Below, piece by piece: positions 59,343 to 64,000 of a DNA stretch of 64,000 nucleotides. How positions within the stretch are numbered: the stretch's first letter is position 1; the number at the start of each line of letters is the position of its first letter. The DNA is from Balanoglossus misakiensis (lineage: Eukaryota; Animalia; Hemichordata), in contig CM082587.2 in NCBI GenBank assembly GCA_040954595.2, positions 5,630,206-5,694,205 of the forward strand, in the 5' to 3' direction. Both the position numbers and the translations under genes were made by a program. The notes beneath the pieces were generated by a model. The model worked only from the letters and a program-made list of their open reading frames with translations. It did no database searches and was not told the DNA's origin.

Positions 59343-60479
59343 TCATACGACGTCCAAGCCATCTATAGGACACTTCATACTGGAGTTGGACAACCACGTG
59401 TCGATGCACTGTCCGTGGAAGACGTGTCCACAGGGGAGATGTTTTCTCTTCTCGCCAGTTTCGTATTTCTCCATGCAAATAGCACAGTCTTGGACGAGAG
59501 ACTCTGCTGTGAACACGTCAGTCTTAAACGAATTTAAAGATTGTTTTGCGACAGTCTTTGGTGCAACTCGCTGTTCAAGTCGCAGCAAAACTTCGTAGTC
59601 CTCGGGAGTGATTTCTCGATGCTGCAGCGCCACCAACGCCGCAAGGTAAGATTCCTCTGCCAAAATGCGATCATTCGTGAGTTCATAGCGATGCGGTGGT
59701 TTGGCGTTGCTTTGTGCGCGTGCCTGTGTGCTCGTCTGGCACCTGTCTCTCTTGCGCGAATCTGGCGCCGGTGGTTTTGTTACACAGGACCTGTTTTCAA
59801 ATACAGGATATTTCGGACCTTGCCTTACAAGTTTCCGCTTCAACAAGTCGCTGTCTACGTTTTGTTTTCTTGCAGCAACGGCATCGGCGATGGCACTGTC
59901 TCGCTTGGTCTTACGTGCCAGCGTCATGGATTGTACGTAGAGTTTCTTTCCGCAATTCGTGTTCAGCTTGTCGACGCTGTAATTTTTCCCCTTCAGCTGG
60001 ATCCTTGCCTTTTGGATTTTGTTCCTCTTCTTGGGCCGTCCGTCAAAAGTTTCAAAGAAAAGTTCAGCTCGCTCGTCCGGGTACGGGTCGGATTCACAGA
60101 AGTATCTTTCCTCTTGCTTCTCGCCAACCTCATCTTCGAAATTTTGTGATTCTCTCGCGAGATATTGAAAACAGTAAAAGTCCGTCGCCGGTACAAATTT
60201 CTTTACCTTGTTCTTTCCACGGCGGCCATTCGACATTTCAGAAGTAGTTTCGGGACGACTGGGATCCACATCACTGTCAACCACTTTTGCGCAATCTCCG
60301 AGTTCTCCATCACCGTTCCGTACAGCGACGGTGTTGTTGTTGTTTATCTCGCGCAAACGTCGGATTGCTTCCTTTCTTGCTCGTTTGCCCTCAAAAACAA
60401 TTCCTTGTTGAAGTCGTGTGCCCTCATTAACTTCACCATGTTCACTGCAAACTTCACAGCTTGTTTCCTTGGCGACCAT
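59343..60479 (-). CDS. RING-H2 E3 ubiquitin ligase, single coding exon
   Basis: First ATG at 60479 (the track's ORF starts at a TTG at 60506). C-terminal CAICMEKYETGEKRKHLPCGHVFHGQCIDTWL..KCPID is preceded by LVALQHREITPEDYEVLLRLE, a motif type found before the RING-H2 in ZSWIM2/SDIR1-like ligases. Confidence 0.82.
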   Translation of the reverse strand: MVAKETSCEVCSEHGEVNEGTRLQQGIVFEGKRARKEAIRRLREINNNNTVAVRNGDGELGDCAKVVDSDVDPSRPETTSEMSNGRRGKNKVKKFVPATDFYCFQYLARESQNFEDEVGEKQEERYFCESDPYPDERAELFFETFDGRPKKRNKIQKARIQLKGKNYSVDKLNTNCGKKLYVQSMTLARKTKRDSAIADAVAARKQNVDSDLLKRKLVRQGPKYPVFENRSCVTKPPAPDSRKRDRCQTSTQARAQSNAKPPHRYELTNDRILAEESYLAALVALQHREITPEDYEVLLRLEQRVAPKTVAKQSLNSFKTDVFTAESLVQDCAICMEKYETGEKRKHLPCGHVFHGQCIDTWLSNSSMKCPIDGLDVV

Positions 60480-60743
60480 TTCGGTACCCGTTGTTATTTT
60501 GCGCACTTGATCAATCAGTCTCCTACCGACAAGAACTCGCCGTGGCTACACGAGGCAGAATGAAGCAACAGGTAATTTGCTCAATCTTTTATATAGGAAC
60601 ATTACAGATGCTTGTGCAAGCACTTTTTCTGTATATAGGTGACGTCAGCTATCGAAAATAGCTTACTAGAATACGTCACTTATCTGAGTTCTGATTGGCT
60701 CAGAAACTTCTGTGACCCCTGACAACTGGTGGCGTTGTTCAAA
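60480..60743. promoter_or_regulatory. Bidirectional promoter RING-H2 gene/TSEN15
   Basis: About 265 bp between divergent ATGs. CRE tgacgtca at 60640-60647, inverted CCAAT box (ctgattggct) at ~60691-60700, and a YY1-like aaaatggcgg over the TSEN15 start. Confidence 0.6.
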
Positions 60744-61898
60744 ATGGCGGCCGCCACGAAAGTGGCATTGCATGCAGAAAATACAAAGATAGACTGCGAA
60801 AAGTGGTTTCTGCGTCACCCTAAGGTATTTGTTAGGAGAGAATCATATTGTTTGCGATACTTGCCCCAGACACAACAGTTTTACACTGGTGGTGGGCATA
60901 CCCTCACGATGCTTACGTCCACACAGCTCATCGAGTCATAGTCATGTTGCAGTTCAGTACTACATGTACAGACAGTAGCTCGACTGTGGTTGTACCTAAC
61001 AATAGTGTCACTTCTTGTTTGTTTACAGTACACTGAGATACTGTCCCATGGACTTGAGGATAAATTACAGCTCCAGATTGCATTGCTGACGTACTTGGAT
61101 CTCTGTGAAGGTACAACATAAGTATTCGCTATTTTAAAGTCGCTACACAAGCATGCATGTGTGGCAAATCACTACTGCCTTGACTTAGTGAAGTCTACCC
61201 GTGTGATTGCCATTTAAAGGGTCATTATATCTGCGACAGTGTTCTAACAATTTCAGGTACTAGTAATGTAGTGGGCACTTTGTTTATGGTAAGGGTTTTC
61301 TATCTCTAAGACTTTTATCGCTTAATGCCCACACAGCAAAGAACTGGTGGAATGTTGAGATCCATCCCTGCCATAAACTGGGAATGGTTTACATCTCTGG
61401 GAAACAGAACAAGAAAAGTGAAGTGCAGCTGGTCTTGCCAATCAGTGCCAGCACACCACTGAGTAACAAAAGGTAAACAGTATATTCACCCATGTCTTTT
61501 CCTGATGCATGTATAAGCTATGTACATTTGTTAGAATTCAGTATTTCCTGCTTCTTGGGTTGTAATTTTTGTTTTCAATATTTGAGTACCTTTCTTATAG
61601 GCTTCAAGAGTTCACAGCCAACATCAGACTTGAAGATCTGGGGGCTGAAAAAGCACACGGACAGGAAACGGAAGGGAGCCCTGAGGTGAAGGGACACTGT
61701 GTTTTGGCCGTCCATGATTCCGATTCCACCATTGTCTACTACAGGATATCTGACGGACTCATTCCCCCAGATCCGCCGAAACAGACTCTGGTTCAGGAGG
61801 TCGGCAAGGGCAAACGTAAAAAGAGGAAAGCGGTATTTGTTGCCAGGGAACCCGATGAGCCGGTCACTGATGAAGACAACTGGGACGACGAACTGTAG
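60744..61898 (+). CDS. TSEN15: tRNA-splicing endonuclease subunit Sen15, 4 exons
   Basis: Exons 60744-60824, 61029-61110, 61337-61472, 61601-61898. Motifs WFLRHPKY, IALLTYLDLCEAKNWWNV, QLVLPISA and LAVHDSDSTIVYYRISDGLIPPDP match TSEN15. Confidence 0.9.
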
Positions 61899-62419
61899 AG
61901 GCGTATGCGTTCACCTCCCCGTTTCCAAGAAAGTGGAGTAACCCCCACCTGTGCCACACAGCTGCAGGACTGTACCAATTGGATAGGTGTATGTGTTGCA
62001 GAGCAATCTGAGACAGGGACTTTATTACCCCTCCATCTCTGTTTGCCTAAGTAGAGATCCAACTTTGACACAGGGAACAATGGAGTTGGACCTAACCATG
62101 GTTCTGAAAGGGTCACAGATAGCTCAGATCACACCCCTGCAGATGCCTGCAGATGGCACAAGGAGTGTTAACACTGGTAATAGGACATGTGACCATTTAC
62201 ATTAAAGCTAGTGGTGATAAAAATCGCCACACAAATATTAAACAACTTATTTTTCTCCCAAAGTGACTTCCTGTGTGTGTGTGTTCCCCCTCCTCCCAAC
62301 TCCCAGGGATCGAGAGATATCTTACCCTTTGAACCCAACTGATGTCAAAGGTTACCAGGAGGTCAGGGTGCACAGGGCAAAAAATAAAAACACCACCGCA
62401 GTGGTTTCACAGCAAGTAA

Positions 62420-64000
62420 TTTATTCGTTAGGTAGAAACTTTCATGAAATATACAGGCGCTACCCAGAAGGCAATAAATTACACTAGATATTAATAAACC
62501 CACTCTAGACAATATTTATAGAAAAAAAGGAAAACAATCTTTTCTATCAAGATTCTTCCAGAAATATGTACAAAATATACAAATCCATTTATATCTTAAA
62601 ATGCAAATGTTTGATCGTATTTCTTTAGCTATTCCTTCACCATTTAACTTTTCAAGCATAATTATAACATCAAGGTGTTTGTATTTGGACGATCATGCAA
62701 AGAAAAAATAATATCGAGAAAAATAAACTTTAATTCTTATTTACGACATTGTATGTTTCATTCCTGAACCCTTCAAAATAATGTATACACACATTATACC
62801 CTGCATATCTTGATCCAGCAAAACTTCCCACATGCAATGTATGATATAAACTATGAACAAAAAGCAAACGTAAACAGCAGTTAGCAAATATACATGTACA
62901 AGCCATCAGGGGATCAAATAAATATCGAAAATATAAGTAAATTTTAAATATATATAAACTCTGTTTTACATTCAGAATAAGACAGGTATACAAGCGCCCC
63001 CAAGCATCACCAGGGTAAAACCTTTGTTTGAATACGTAAAATGTGTACTTCACAGGTTAAAGTCTGAATTCAATCACGCCATAGGAAAGATCTAAAGAAA
63101 ACCATGAACACATGACAAGTATGACTGAAGTTCATGTGTAGTATTCAGCCTTGTCCAAACCACAACCGTAAACTGGCTGTTAGTGTTGCACAGTCAACCA
63201 AATCATCGGCTATTTTCTTTTTTTTTCCATTTGTGCTTAATTAGCTTGTGAGATAATTGTCAATGTACAAGTTGTCTCACAGAACAACAAACATGATTGG
63301 TTGCCATGGCATTCAATAGGACTCGCCAAAACATTTCTCAGGCAAGCACTCACCACAAACACGATTGCATCATGTTATTTTGCGGTGAAATTTGGAAGAA
63401 TAGGTCACTTTGGTGTTTATAAATTGAAACAGTCTTTGGATTAAATTAAAAAGTATAGAACTCATCACCCATACTGATGAAATTAATAATCAGTTGTACA
63501 TTGCACATGATTCAAAGAATATAAATAACACCTCTGATAAAGAATATTAGTACATGTACACCCACAAAAGGTATGTACAAATCACACTTTGTAAAGACAT
63601 CAGAAATTTACTGTGAGATGCACAACCCAGTCAATTCATAACTTGTCAGACAATGGTTTTGGTATGTGATATGAATACCCATCCAACTGATTTGTAAGAA
63701 TTAAAATGCATGTAAATGGTTACAAAAGCTAGTGTTTTCTCATTATATTATTGTTTCCTCATTATATTATTTTTATAATGCGTGTAATTTTTAGTTTCTT
63801 TATTTAAAAAATTGTTTCCATCGTCAGTGAATGTGACAGGGATGCATTCCCAGCAGAAAAAGCTGATGACTTATTATTTGTCTGTTATGCTGTTATATTT
63901 CGGATGAAAACTGTGTCTAACGGAAAAACAAAGACTTGCAGAAGCAGTACAACACAAAAATCATGCAAAGAACATGTACACAAAACTCACATATTTCTGT
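62420..64000 (-). other. Possible long AU-rich 3' UTR of a minus-strand gene lying beyond the right edge
   Basis: No credible exons. The plus strand is A-rich (U-rich on minus), and there is a minus-strand AATAAA at ~62420-62425. Confidence 0.3.

Noticed and set aside
59541-60563. Plus-strand ORFs of 202, 183 and 132 aa
   Set aside because: Antisense to the RING-H2 coding exon with no independent coding signal.
61884-61898. TSEN15 C-terminal DDEL resembling an ER-retention signal
   Set aside because: The protein has no signal peptide, so a luminal retrieval motif would be irrelevant.
1-64000. tRNA, rRNA, snoRNA or SECIS elements
   Set aside because: None was recognisable by eye, and no conserved in-frame TGA was seen in the gene models. 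tRNAscan-SE and Infernal/Rfam would be needed to exclude them.

Overview
Eukaryotic (metazoan) genomic DNA with compact GT-AG introns; the gene content suggests a marine invertebrate, probably a non-vertebrate deuterostome (inference). Most short ORFs in the track are spurious or single exons. Reading exons by hand gives, left to right: the last exon of a GAL3ST-type sulfotransferase (+); a 25-exon GOLGA2/GM130 (-), head-to-head with MEGF9 (+); a secreted protein with a thyroglobulin-1 domain, a WAP domain and 20 LDL-receptor class A modules (+); a CYP4 P450 (+); an intronless TRIM-NHL E3 ligase ending in a CaaX box (-); MED27 (-), head-to-head with NAAA (+); three tandem paralogues of an unrecognised multi-pass membrane protein family (+, the middle copy truncated/frameshifted); and an intronless RING-H2 gene (-), head-to-head with TSEN15 (+). 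Introns hold MITEs, two related solo-LTR-like insertions and microsatellites. The best leads are the orphan membrane-protein cluster, the TY-WAP-LDLa protein whose array mixes 6-Cys with 4-Cys modules, the possibly prenylated TRIM-NHL, and a gene neighbourhood matching the human 9q33-34/1q25 (MHC-paralogon) linkage group. Exon coordinates were derived by eye and could be off by a few bases.
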